Shown piece after piece: positions 22,991-35,552 of a stretch of DNA of 64,000 bases. Location: assembly GCF_009834535.1 (NCBI RefSeq), contig NC_045713.1, positions 14,694,001 to 14,758,000 on the forward strand, read 5' to 3'. Origin of the DNA: Camelus ferus. Lineage: Eukaryota. The translations under genes and the position numbers were made by a program. Numbering within the stretch: the first letter of the stretch is position 1; every line of letters begins with the position of its first letter. Under the pieces are notes generated by a model, which made no database searches, was not told where the DNA came from, and worked only from the letters and a program-made list of their open reading frames with translations.

Positions 22991-24289
22991 GTTTAAACTT
23001 TCTTTCTCATGACGTGTTTGGCTTACAGATGTTTTGTTGGTAATACAGTTACCCTTCAACGGTGATTAATCTGTGCCCGACAGAGTTTGCTTTATATCCA
23101 TTATTTCCTAAAATCTCTGCAGCACCCCTTCAGTATAGAATTCATCATTGCCACTTCCACCCAGAATTAGTGGCTTAAAGACTTGTCCAGAGCCAGGGTT
23201 CAAACTCACTCTATTAACCATTTTGCTATATTGTCTCCTGCATGATAATACTTTGTTATTTCACTGTTCATCTCTAACCACAGATGTCACCTTGTCACCA
23301 GTGAGGCTCAAAATGGGCCATGCTGACCATTCCCATAGGTCAGTTACAACATGCTCATGCCTGGCTGAACAAAACAGCTCTGTATATGAGCAACCTGGGA
23401 TCAAGGCTTCCATGAGTTGTGGCTGGTAGAATTTATTTTAATGTCTGATGGGTCCACGTGCTTTATATTTTACAGAGTAGTCAGTGTTCTGGGTTTAACA
23501 GCTGACAACGTCCAGTTCTCTGGATGCTGCTGAGAAAATAACACCCAAACCTAATGTATTCCCTGAAAAAAAAAAATGAATGAACCCAAGTGCACCTTGA
23601 TGGTGCAAATGTCTGATGTGTGAAATTTTTAGTTTGGGCCAGAAGGTATTGACTGGGGTGTCTCTGGGGCCAGGACTTATACAAGATTCTGGAAGTCAAC
23701 TTCCCACTGCTGAAACAGAGATGATGAAACTGTGCAATACCACGCAGGGTTAGTTGCGTTCCTGGGATCTCTGACACCATCTTGACTGGCCAGGAAACTC
23801 CTCTTAGCTAAAACTCAGGCACCTATGACAGACTTGGGGAGGAATTGGGCCTTTCCAGTCCACAGCAGGATATGTTGCAATTTCAGCAGCTCTTTTTGCA
23901 ACAGGGGCAATTCTGTCACAGGGCCTTCTTGAAAGGCAGTGTTTTGATGCTACTGTTTGGCCTTTCTAGGTCAAGAGAGACTATATTATAGAGTTTCCAC
24001 TTTTGAGATTCCAGTGATTTTTTTTTTAATGAAGAAATGTGAAAATAGGGTTATAGCCCTTTGGATTCATTTTAAATGTTTGATTTCACAGATAAAGTGG
24101 AGTGTTGATGGACTCTTCTTTCTTGTACCTCTGTGACCATGTGTGCCCTTATTTGGGGACAGGATAAATCTAAATCCAGTGCAACTGCTGCAAAGGCTTC
24201 AACCTTTGCTCTCCTCCTAAGTGATGCACAGTTCAGATACCCTGACCTTTACTCCACTCCTGGTCTTCAGGAGTATCTCTTTCTTTCTC

Positions 24290-25095
24290 TCTCTCTTTCT
24301 TGAAGTATAGTTACATACTTCAAGATTTACAACATTGTGTTGTTTCTGGTATACTGCATAGTGATTCAGTTATACATATGCTTTTTCATTACTGCCCATT
24401 ACAAGAAATTGAATAGAGTTCCCTGTGTCATATAGTGCAGCCTTGTTGTTTATCTATTTTATATATAGTAGTCTGTATCTGATCATCTCAAACTCCTAAT
24501 TTATCCCTCCCCTACCCCTTTCCTCTTTGGTGACCCTAAGTTTGTTTTCTATGTCTGTGAGTCTGTTTTTGTTTTGTAAATAAGTTCATTGGTGTCCTAT
24601 TTTAGATTCCACATACAAATGATATCATATGGTATTTGTCTGACTTACTTCACTTAGTATGATCATCTCTACATCCATCCACGTTGCTGCAAATGACATA
24701 ATTTAATTTTTTCANNNNNNNNNNNNNNNNNNNNNNNNNNNNNNNNNNNNNNNNNNNNNNNNNNNNNNNNNNNNNNNNNNNNNNNNNNNNNNNNNNNNNN
24801 NNNNNNNNNNNNNNNNNNNNNNNNNNNNNNNNNNNNNNNNNNNNNNNNNNNNNNNNNNTATCTTTTCAAATTAGAGTTTTCTCTGGATATATGCCCAGGA
24901 GTGGGATTGCTGGATCATACAGTAACTCTGTTTTTAGTTTTTAAAGGAATCTTAATACTGTTTTCCATAGTTGCTGCACCAAACTACATTCCCACCAACA
25001 GTGTAGGAGGGTTCCCTTTTCTCCGAACTCTCTCCAGCATTTATTGTTTGTGGGTTTTTTTTAAATGATGGCCATTCTGACTGGTGTTAGGTGAT
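24290..25095 (-). mobile_element. Artiodactyl-type L1 3' fragment
   Basis: tagattccacatacaaatgatatcatatggtatttgtc..gggattgctggatcata..ttcccaccaacagtgtaggagggttccc. Confidence 0.9.
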
Positions 25096-26149
25096 AAGGG
25101 GTATCACTCTCTATCACATTCATTTTTGCATCATTTTGGGATATATATATATAACTTTTATAATAAGAAAAAAGATAGTTTTAGAAGTATTTTATAATTA
25201 GCTTGGCCTCTAAGCAGATATCAGTCCTGTCCCCAGCCATCATCATAAAGTAGGTATATTATATTTGAATGTAATACATGCCTGTTATTAAGCGAATGGA
25301 AAGAACTGTTGGGAAGATTGTGGAAGAGTTTCTGTATTAATCTGGAATTGAAAATAATGGATCTCATTGTGACTCAAACTCTCCCTCATTCATCAGTATA
25401 TTGAACTTTAAGGGAGAAATCTGAGACTTTAAGAAGCTAACCATTCAAGTTCAAAGTGTACTTCCAGGCAATGAACTTCCCACTAAGAAACATATTTTAA
25501 CTGTGCAAATCAAGTTCTGGGACAACCTCCAACCTCCTGAGCAGGATGGGAAAGGAGGGAGAGGAAACCAGCTTCCCACGTGGGGGTGGTGGGTGGCTTT
25601 GACCTGTCCGAGGTGGTACAGTAATGGGGTGCAAGAAGATCAGCTCACCAATGAGCTTCGTTTGCAATATGGTAACCTTAAGCAAGAGGCTTTATAAATT
25701 ATAAAGTGCTATACACATTATTTATTCTGATTGTTAAATCTAGATGGACGGTGATTGTTCATTTTACTCTCTATATTTTTCCATGTATTTAAACATTTTA
25801 TAATTAAAATTTTTTTCCTGCCAATATATATAGGGACCCTACTAGGAGGCTGGCTTTTACCACCAAAGGCAACTGCTCTCCCTTACCCTCACCCTTTGAG
25901 GTTCGGTTTACATAATCCTGCCCCCACTCCCACCTCCTCGTCCTCTCACCCCTGGCAGAGCTGACCTCTCCTGCCTGGTGCTCCGGTCATTCCTGCTCAC
26001 CATCTTGCATTGAAACTGTTCATGAGTTTGGAAACTGCACGGAGTGGTGGGGGAATAGGAGACTCCAAGATCTAGGACCTGTGTGACCTAGGCAAATTAC
26101 TCGACTTATCTGGACTTGTTTTCTAGTCTGTCAAGTGGGTCGTTTCGGG

Positions 26150-27010
26150 AATTCAATGAGGTAATGTTTGCAAACGCGCCTGGCACCGTAAGAGAAGTAC
26201 CCGCTTCATCATTTGGTGTTCCGACGCCTGGCACGTGGTGGGCACTGTCCGTGGAGGTGGACGGAGATCCCTGCCCCAGCATGAGCATCACCTCCAGGAC
26301 CTCTTCTGCCCAAACACCGCGGTTCCCGACCGCTGTACCCCGCTTAAGCGCTTGGGGCAGGAAGGCGACAGGTCTCACACTGGACAGCACCTCCCTGGGG
26401 CAATCGCTCCAAGGGGAAGCGGCTTGGGGCAGGAGAGGTTTGTTTGCTGGAAAAACGGCCAGAGGATAAAGGGGAAATGTCAGCGCAGGGCACAGACAGG
26501 CAGGTAGGCGCCGACGTCCAGGACCCCGCCGGGCTTGCGGGAGGAAGGGAAACCCCCACTGAGCAGGCATTATTGCGTAAGACGCTGAGAACTACACCTC
26601 CCAGCGGGCCCTGGGAGAACGCGGCACCAATCGGGGGGCGGGTGGGCGGGCTCACGGCCTCCTACGTCTTTAAGAGGGCCCTGAGCCGCGCCGCCGTTTT
26701 GCGGATTGGCAGCTCCCTCGGCCTATAGCTGCTTTCTGCCATAGCGGCCGCTCTCCCTGCTCCGAGGAGGAGAGGTTGTATCCGCTAGTATACTGGGCCC
26801 AGCGTGGTCAAATGGAGTCAGCTCCCATCAGGACTAGCTAGCTTGGGTTCTCCGGGGCCGCAGTGGGGCCGTAGATCCCTAAAGCCTTCTGCCCCTGATG
26901 AGCGTGTGAATCTCGTTGACTCATGTTTACGGCAAGTATTTACTGAGTGCCTATTATATTCCACTTACTGTGTCAGGCGCGAGGATGGTCAGGTCAGGCG
27001 GGATCCCAGC
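26150..27010. promoter_or_regulatory. Intergenic CpG-rich promoter (position of human LINC00921 by synteny)
   Basis: CpG-rich. CCAAT 26627-26631, GC boxes GGGGGGCGGGTGGGCGGG 26633-26650, inverted CCAAT 26705-26709. No convincing ORF. Confidence 0.6.
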
Positions 27011-28143
27011 CTCAAGGGGCTTGTCTCCTGGGGTGGAGAGAAATGGGTAAACGGTAACTGCCATTCATGAGAAGACCTGTAAAAGAAGTGGATCACTGGG
27101 CGCAACCCCTGCACTGCCGTCCTCTCGGTTCTCACTGCCTCTAGGAACCCTGAAATACAGATTCTTAAACTCTGTATCGTGATTCTTTGAAAAATCGAGT
27201 GGAATGCTATTGGCCATAGGAATAGTGTTTTGTTCTATTTTGTTTCCCAGGGAAAAAAGCAGATACATCTCCAATTTCTTAGGTCATTTCAGGGGATTCA
27301 TGGACTTCCTGAAGTCCACGTAGAGAAACCTTGCAGGGGCCTCTAAGGCATAGACCCCCACGTCAGCGAGGGCAGCCCCTACTTTTTAACTGTTTTACGT
27401 ATTTCACCTTCAAGAAAGATTTCCCTTCATCTAAATGTACTGCAGGAAATGGAAAAAGAAGAGACTGCCAGGTAGATCGTGTAGCTGTAGCTGTATTTCT
27501 AGTTCCAATTTTCTATTCGTGCTAAGTCCATCAAGACTACTTTCTAGTCTCAGGTAAGCATAACCAGACTAAATTCACCAGCATGGTAGTGTGAGGAGCA
27601 CCTGCTTATTACTCATATCCTTGTCATTCTTATGGAACAGTTCCCTGCCTGCCAGACTTGCCAATTAGTTAGAAACTGTGAACAGTTTAAATAGTTGTCA
27701 CCAGAGGACTGCCCTAGTAAATTGTGGTGACTCCATTCCATGGGCTGCTCTGCATCCGTTGAAAACAATGTGCTAATGTGCCAAAATGGTCAGTATATAT
27801 TGTTAAATGAGACAAGCACGTTTGTTGTACAATGTGATAGTGTAATCCCATGTTTGTAAATAATAGGAAAATATTTTTTAAATGTGAATGTCTGAAGGGA
27901 GACTCAAGAAATAACATGGCAACCTCTAGAGAGTAGAATTGGGCATGGAGATTGTGCTTTTTACTCCCTTCTATACATTTTTGTGGTTTTCCAATGAGTA
28001 TTTAAACATTTTATGACACATGAGACAGAGTCCATGAATATATTTTCGATATAAGATAATAAAGCAAAACAGAAAATATAGCAAGCTCAGTGTTAGAGGA
28101 AGACTTTCATGTTTTTCTCATTATTTTTATAATAAAAACTTGA

Positions 28144-28275
28144 GGGGGGAGGGTATGGATCAAATGGTAAAGCTCATGCTTAGCATGCATAAGGTCCTGG
28201 ATTCAATCCCCAGTACCTCCATTAAAAAAAGTTAACTAAATAAACCTAATCACACCTCCCCCCCCCTCAAAAAAA
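28144..28275 (+). mobile_element. Vic-1-like SINE
   Basis: ggggagggtatggatcaaatggtaaagctcatgcttagcatgcataaggtcctggattcaatccccagtacctcca plus tail. Confidence 0.9.
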
Positions 28276-28295
28276 GAAAATGAAAAGAAAAAACA

Positions 28296-28386
28296 TTTAT
28301 TTTTAGAGGAGGTACTGGGGATTGAACCCAGGACATCATGCATGCTAAGCATGTGCTCTACCACTTGAGCTATAACCTTCCCTCTC
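28296..28386 (-). mobile_element. Vic-1-like SINE, opposite orientation
   Basis: ggaggtactggggattgaacccaggacatcatgcatgctaagcatgtgctctaccacttgagctataaccttccc. An orphan plus-strand SINE tail follows at ~28388-28440. Confidence 0.9.
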
Positions 28387-28780
28387 TAAAAAATGAATAA
28401 ATGAATAAACCTAATTACCTCCCCTCTCAAAAAAATAAAAAATAAAAACTTAAAGAAAATCTCATTAACTGGAACATTTTTTCGCTGGAGTGAAGAGGAT
28501 TAGGAAAATGGTTTTTAAAAGGCAAACTGTGTCCATAGGGAAACAAATATGTGAAAATTTCAAGTAATATGTGATATTTGGCAGTACTGAAGGGAACACA
28601 GCACAGACCTAACTCCAAAGTAAACACACAGACACACACTGCAGGCATCAAATTAATGCAGACACAGATTCTTTAGCAAAAGCATAAAGTCTCATGCCTT
28701 GATTCCCCTGAAGATATAGGGCAGAAGATTAAATTTCTAAAATATAGTTTAAATAGGCTGAAATGACTGGAGGGCCATTT

Positions 28781-29362
28781 CCCCAGAGCCTGTGCTATGA
28801 AGGCACATAAAGCCCTCACATGATACTTGGTGCATATAATGTGCTCACTATATGTTATCAACCACTGTAGTTCCAAAGCTGTGATTTTTGGTATTTTGAC
28901 AACACCACCCACCTCCATTACAGCAGCTTTGGAAAATGTTTTGGTATCTGGACAGGTACCTTCACCCACAGAAAAGTACCAAAACTCACGTGGCATTTCA
29001 CCTGCGGTCCTGTAGAGGGCGTCCTCATGCGTCGTCTCTGGGCCTACAGCTGGAAGCCCAGTGGACGCCCCACTCCCATCCCTGTCCCCAGGGACAGTCC
29101 TCCACAGAAGCTGGCAGCTGGAAACAATTATTAATGCTGCAGGAAGTAGGGGAAAGTGACAATGTGTGTCAAACCTAAAACTGGACATCAGAGTCCACAG
29201 AAAACATTTTCCAAGGCTGCTGTGATGGAGGTGGGTGGTGGTGTCAAAATACCAAAAATCATGGCTTTGAAACTACGGTGGATGATAACATATAGTGAGC
29301 ACATTATATGCACCAAGTATCATGTGAGGGCTTTATGTGCCTTCACAGCACAGGCTCTGGGG
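28781..29362. repeat. Long inverted repeat: 162-bp arms (28781-28942, 29201-29362), 258-bp spacer
   Basis: Manual ungapped alignment of arm 1 with the reverse complement of arm 2 gives 9 mismatches in 162 nt. Confidence 0.97.
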
Positions 29363-29429
29363 TCAGGTAACCTGAGTGAGAATACTATCCCCCTAGTTAA
29401 CCGGTTGTGTGACACTGGCTGAGTGATGT

Positions 29430-30200
29430 ACCTACTACTTATTCAGCCTTGATAAGGAAGGAAGTTGTGTTACATGTTACAGCATGGGTAAATCTTGAAA
29501 ACATTATGCTAAGTGTATAGCACAGGAAACTATATTCAATATCTTGTAGTAACCTATAATGAGAAAGAATATGAAAAGGAATATGTATGTATATGTATGG
29601 TTGAAACATTATGCTGTACACCAGAAATTGACACAACATTGTTTTTATTGACTGTCAATTTAAAAACCCCAAAATATGCTCAGTGAAATAAGCCAATAAC
29701 AAAAGGACAAATATTTTATGATTTCACCGATATGAGGCACCTAGAATAGTCAAATTTATCATAGAGACAGAAAATAGAATAGTGATTATCAGGTGCTGGG
29801 AGGAGACGGTAATGGAGTGTTGATAATGAGTAGAGTTGCAATTTGGGATGATGAAAACATTCTGGAGAAGAATGGTGGTTACGGTTACACAACAGTGTGA
29901 ATGCACTTCATGCCACTGCATTGTACACTTAACAGTAGTTAAAATGGTAAATTTTATGTTATGTATATTTTACCACCAAAATACTTGAAAATGCACATAC
30001 CCTCTGCTTGAGTTATTCCATTTCTAGGATTCTAAAGAAATTATTGAATGAACACAAAGTTGCATTAAAAGATGTTCATTGCAGAGTTGTTCATTAAAGC
30101 AAGAATTGGAACCAACCTGAATGTCCAACAACAGAGGAAATAGTAATTTTGATACACTCATACTGTCGCATATCATGTAGCTATTAAGAGTAAGAAGGGC
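29430..30200 (+). mobile_element. L1M fragments with a short younger L1 3' end (~29510-29650) nested inside
   Basis: gaaacattatgctgtacaccagaaattgacacaacattg (artiodactyl L1 end) within L1MB-like text (gggatgatgaaaacattctggag..cacttaacagtagttaaaatggtaaattttatg). Confidence 0.75.
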
Positions 30201-30469
30201 CTATTCATCTTGATCCAGATAGATTCAGAGACACACTGCGAAGTTAAAAAAAAAATCTGGGAAAATACGTGTAGAGGGATAAATATATGCAATGAATGCA
30301 TATACATATGCAAACACATCAGAAAGAGAATGGTAGGATGTCCAACCATTACCTATAAAAAGGGGAGAAAAAGTGAAACAAGGGGGTGATGGGAAAGTTT
30401 CCTCATTTTCTTTCTCTACATCTCTATTCTTTTGATTCTTTCACAGTGACTGCTCATGTATTACAGTTG

Positions 30470-30810
30470 TTCTGCTTATCTGTCGCTGCACAACAAATAC
30501 CCCAAAGCTTATTGTAAAAACAGTCCTTGTGTTCTAATGGCTCATGATTTTGTGTTTGGGATTTCAATCAGGGCACAGCAGGGACAACTCAGGTCTGCTC
30601 CGTGACTGGAACTTCAGTTGGGGTGGCTCAGATGTCTGGAGATCACTGGAACAGCTATAGCTGACTGGAGTTGTGTGTCTGAGACCTCAGTACTGGCTGT
30701 CTGCAGGTGACTCTTGGGTTCTCCGCAGTGTGTCTGCTGGGACTGGGAATAGCAAAAATGGCTATTTCCCCTCCTTTATCTGGTTAGACTGGGATGGCTA
30801 GAACATCTGG
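30470..30810 (+). mobile_element. MLT-type (MaLR/ERVL) LTR fragment
   Basis: gctgcacaacaaataccccaaagctta..ggctcatgattttgtg..cagggcacagcagggacaactc..ctgctcc. Confidence 0.55.
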
Positions 30811-31884
30811 GAGGTCCTGTCTGACAACAGACACTGAACAAGACAGGATGGAGGCTAACCTATATTATTCCTAGAATGAAAAAAATTGCTCCTATTCTGG
30901 GCGTAAAAATATCCAGATTTAGGGACTAAATAAACTGATTATAAGGGCTAAAAAGAGGCCAATAGCTGAGCTGTCCTTCCCACCCCATTCCACATCTTTA
31001 CAGGAGATTTGAGAGGAAGCCGGGAGCCAGGTCTAAAGGCTTATGTCTGAGCTTTCGGCATTTCTGACATTATTCTGCCCAGATCACTAGGCTAGAAATG
31101 AAAGAGGATTTCAGGATGGGTACTCATTTTAGCATTAAAGATTATGAAGTTTCCTGGAGGGCCCTTAGGATGTTTTTTTAGGGAATGTGAAGGTGACTGT
31201 AGGTGCAGCGGGCAAAGTATATTGTGTCTCACTCCCCACCATATTGTGAGCCCCTTGGAGGTGGATTTCCTCAGTCTGCTCATTTCCTTGATTTTAGCCT
31301 AGACAACATTCTCAACACACTGTGAAAGAATTACTGCAGATTCTGGAAGGTCATAATTGAGAAAAGTCTTAAAGTAGCTCCTGCAGGATCTCTCTGCTTT
31401 CAAAAGACAAACAATACGGCATCTTAAGGAGTGCCTCAGCTAGATAAAGGAATGAGCCTCTCCTAGGTCCTTTAGTCTCCTATTTTTAACTGCCAGCTTT
31501 AATACCTAGGCAGCTATTAACAGTTGCTATATAAAATCCATACAGTAGTTTTTTGCTTGTTGTTTGTTTTTAAAACCACTTAGCAAGGGAAGAGGAAGTT
31601 AAAAACAAAAAACAAAAAACAAAAAAACCCAGGGAACAGAATTGGGAAGCAAGCCAAACTCCTCTCTCACTTCTCCATCACGAAATGTGCTTTTAAAGAA
31701 ATAATAATACTTGAGAGATCCAAGACTATTCTAGATTTGTGTCCTACAAATAGAACCCTTGTTTTCTAGGGTGTTTGGGATACTTAACAAGTTTTTAAAA
31801 ATCTAAGTCCACAAGAAAACTGAAATGAACTTTTCAAAGCAGAAATAGAATCTCCTTTTCTAATCAGTGCAGTGATTTTTTTTC

Positions 31885-32175
31885 TTTTTAAAAAATTCCT
31901 ATTATTTATTGAAGTGTCATCAATTTACAATGTTAGTTTCAGGTATACAGCAGAGCAATTCTGAAATAAATATATATAGATATCTCTCTATATATATATC
32001 TCAGATTCTTTTCCATTACAGCTTATTACAAGAAACTGAATATAGTTCCCTGTGCTATAAGTAGGTCCTTGTTGTTTATATATTTTATATATAGTAATGT
32101 GTATCTATTAATTCCAGACTCCTAATCTATACTTTCTCCCCACTTCCCCCCTAGTAACCACAGTTTGTTTTCTGT
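31885..32175 (-). mobile_element. Artiodactyl-type L1 3' end
   Basis: caatttacaatgttagtttcaggtatacagc..tgaatatagttccctgtgctata..gtaggtccttgttgttta..cccctagtaaccacagtttgttttctgtg. Confidence 0.85.
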
Positions 32176-33149
32176 GACCAAAAAAAAATTTTTGAAGAGG
32201 AAAATTTTCTTGACTAGCTTGACCAGTTGACCAACTCTTGGCTTAAAGAGGAAATAATATGAAAACTGCAGTGATAAACTGTTTTGAAATCATCAATAAG
32301 GAGAATAGTCTATATAAAAAATTAAGAGCTATAAACAAAGTTGCACTTAGAGGAAAACTCATATCCTTAAATGCTTTTATTATTAAACAACGAAGACTAG
32401 AAATAAAACACACTGATATTTATTGAAAGTTTATTTTATATAGAGCCTGCACTTAAATATATCTCATTAATCTTTGTAGTATTTATCAGGTGGGCACTGT
32501 TTTTTTCCCTTATCTTTTCAAAATGCTCAGAAGTGTAACTCTGAAGTATATCTATGCCATGTTCTCTGTTCTTAGTTTCCAAGAGCCATTTCACATCTCT
32601 CTTGATTCAGTGCTACATTTATTAATGTTTAGTGTATACAGGGCACTTTAAGGGATAAAGAGATGAATAATAGCTGTTCTGTATCTTGCAGAACTTCAGT
32701 CATGTGTGTGATGTTGATGTACGTATACTGGAAGTGCAGGGGAGGACAGGTCGTAGTATGGTTGCAGTTAACCCTCCCAGCTAAGGAGAACTGTGTTAAA
32801 AGCGAAAAATGAGGTCTAAACAAAGAACTGAGGGAGCCCAGAAGAAAGTAATTCTGACTTGAGGAGGGGGTTAGGAGTGAACCACAGTGTTTGTTGCCAC
32901 AATTCAGGGCCTGCATCGTGAAGATCTTTACGGCTTGTTGAGGAATCTGTGCTTTGTTATCAGAGCAGTGGAGAACCACTGGAGGTTCTGTGTGTCGGGG
33001 TGAGTGGATATGTAAAGACTTTATTTTTATTTTTGCTTTAAAAAAAATTTTCCCCCTTAGAGTAGTTTCTCAGATGTGGAACCACTTGATAAGAGAGGAG
33101 AAACATATTAACATTCTAAAAATACACTGTCATATTGCTTTCTATAAGT

Positions 33150-34069
33150 GTAATGCATTCATGGGGTCTCTTTCCTATGTGACGATGTTGGTGTCGATAA
33201 AGGTGTGAACGAAGGAAGCTCCTCTCACAGCCAAGGCACTTTTGAGGTTCTCTCCTGAATGAATCTTCTGGTGCTCAGTGTGTCTAAAGTCAAGAAGTTC
33301 TTCCAGGTTGGAGTTCTTGGGTTCTCTCTCTATAGAGTGGTTACGATGATCTGTAAACATTGCTAAGTCTGGAGGTTTCCACATTGACTTTCTAAATGTT
33401 TTTAGTATTATTTATTTATTTTTTTTTTTGCAAAAGAGAACCACAGAGATCATCTCCCTCTAAAGTAATAATGAATGGATGCAGAGTGCCCAGTTTTGTT
33501 TTGTTTTTTTTTTTTTCCTGATTCAAAGAAGCTTCTTCATTTTCTCTCCTGATCTCAAAAACTGGGAGAAGAAATAGAAATTGAACATATCCTCCTGTTC
33601 AAGGTGAAAGAGATGGGGGAAAATAGTTGTGTTAAACCAGTAATGGGATGATAGAAACTCCTAAGCAGATCCCAAAACTTTTTACTCTTAACTAAGGCTG
33701 AATTTTTCTTTTCTTTCTTCCCTGTAGCCAGTGAACACTCACTTATCTTGAAGTCAAATCATTGTTTCGTCTCTTTGAAAACCTGCAATTCCTTCACCTA
33801 TGACTCTTCTCTGTGCTCCATGGGGAAGCTCAGGCCAGCTTTGTTACTGGATATCCTGGCCATGAGAAAGACAGGCAGCATGACAGTTTGGGTCACCACT
33901 GGTTCTTCTGAATTCAGACTGATTTCTGGGGCAGGCGACCTCTCTCTGTCTCTTTCAGTTAGGATTATTCCACTTGGAGCCTCTTTCAGGCAGTTCTTCA
34001 ACATTAGGACAAAACCAAAATAAGGGGAAAGCTCTTTTTGTGCTCAATTCAAGGTCATTGTCCTCCAGC
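33150..34069 (-). pseudogene. Decayed C2H2 zinc-finger exon relic
   Basis: Minus strand reads HQKIHSGE, then after a 1-nt shift PQKCLGCERSFLRSHLYRHQHRHIGKRPHEC (33150-33275). More finger-like debris to ~33385 and a plausible acceptor ctcttccacag at 34070-34072. Confidence 0.7.
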
Positions 34070-35335
34070 CTGTGGAAGAGCAGTGAATTCTGTGTTAAAG
34101 TCAATAAACTAGTTTTATATTCCCTTTTGAATATTTTGATAATAGAATTATCTAAGTGTGGATTAAAATATAAAGTAAATCATCCTAAAATTCTGACTGT
34201 ATTAAAGCCGAGAAACATTCTCTTATTGAGTCTGTAGAGAGGAGACAGAGAGGTAAAAGTGGGAGTTTTGGAACTATGTCCTGGATTAACTTCAGTTAAG
34301 AGGTTTTTTAAAATAAAAATTGGTACCTGAAGTGGGTTGGCTGGTGACCAGCAAAAATTGTCTTTATATGTTTCTTTTAGCTGTAGTCTAGATGTGTATT
34401 ATCTTGAAATTAACCTAAGTAACTAACTGTTTCTGGCAGTCGTAAAGACAACTAGTAAAATTTTCTCCGGCTCAATTTCCAGCCATGTCCTACCATTGCT
34501 TTCCTTACTAAGAGCAAGTTATAGTTTGTACTCTCTTTCTGTGTCCCTTCCTTTCCCTCCTCACATCTAACAAAGTCTACCGGTCTGCAGTAAAATGTGG
34601 ATTGGTAAATAGTGATTTAAGATCCAAATAGAGTAAAATGTTTAAATAGTAACATTACCAAACAATATTAGCAAATTAGCTTGGTTAATATTAAACCAAA
34701 GGAAAATTTAAATTCCAGAATACTTTATCAAAATGCCTTATTTTATATTTTCATGGAGAAAGGGAAGTATATTTCAGATTAATAAAAGTAAACTGCATTT
34801 CAAATGAAATGCCATTTAAAGTCACTATTTTGTTTGCGATTGGATTTCTAAGCTAAGCATGAGATCAAAGAGCAATGTGTTACAGTAAAAGCAAACCTTA
34901 TTAAGCCACAGATCACAGGAAAGCTGTTGTCAGGGAAAGTGGAAAGAAAGCATAACTGGGGAGAGTAGCAAATAGCAAAGGCCTGGGTGGCAGAAGCCTG
35001 GAGGCCAGGATATCCCTAGGTAAGATTCAGGAAAAGCATTTCTGAATGACTAGCGCTGCTTATTTGCTCCTATGCCAGAGTACAGACTTGAAAGTCTCAA
35101 CACTGTAGATTTCATCAAATGTCAGTTTAAACCCAGGCACAGACAGCTGCCCCACCCTGAGTGCAGGAGAATCTGTGAGATCCAGGTAAGTGCTGAAAGC
35201 AGCTCTAGAGACTTTAGTGCCCAGGAGAACTAAGACCAGGAGCAGGGTTTTTTAAAATCTGAAATTCAAATTTGTTTTTCCTTCTACGTAATAGAGAGCC
35301 AGCTGAGGACCGATATAGCTGAGGACAAGAAAATA

Positions 35336-35552
35336 CAGTTGACTCTTGGATGAGTTTGAACTGTGTGAGTTTACTTACATATGGACAATTTTCAATAAGT
35401 ATGTACTACAGAATCACACAACCCACGGTTGGTTGAATCTGTGGATGGAGAACCACAGATATGGAAGACCGACTATAAAGTTATTCATGAATTTTCCAAT
35501 GTGTAGAGGGTCAGTGCCCCAGACCCCCACTGCATTGTTCAAGGGTCCACTG
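35336..35552. mobile_element. Tigger-derived MITE (MER8/MER2-like)
   Basis: Terminal inverted repeats cagttgactcttg / caagggtccactg with TA on both sides (35334-35335, 35553-35554). Confidence 0.85.

Noticed and set aside
28673-29422. Two ORFs sharing the peptide KTFSKAAVMEVGG..HVRALCAF
   Set aside because: These are the two arms of the inverted repeat read on opposite strands. No evidence of coding function.
35085-35130. Minus-strand LTFDEI motif as a possible KRAB-A relic of the fossil ZNF gene
   Set aside because: Similarity ends after six residues; too weak to call by eye.
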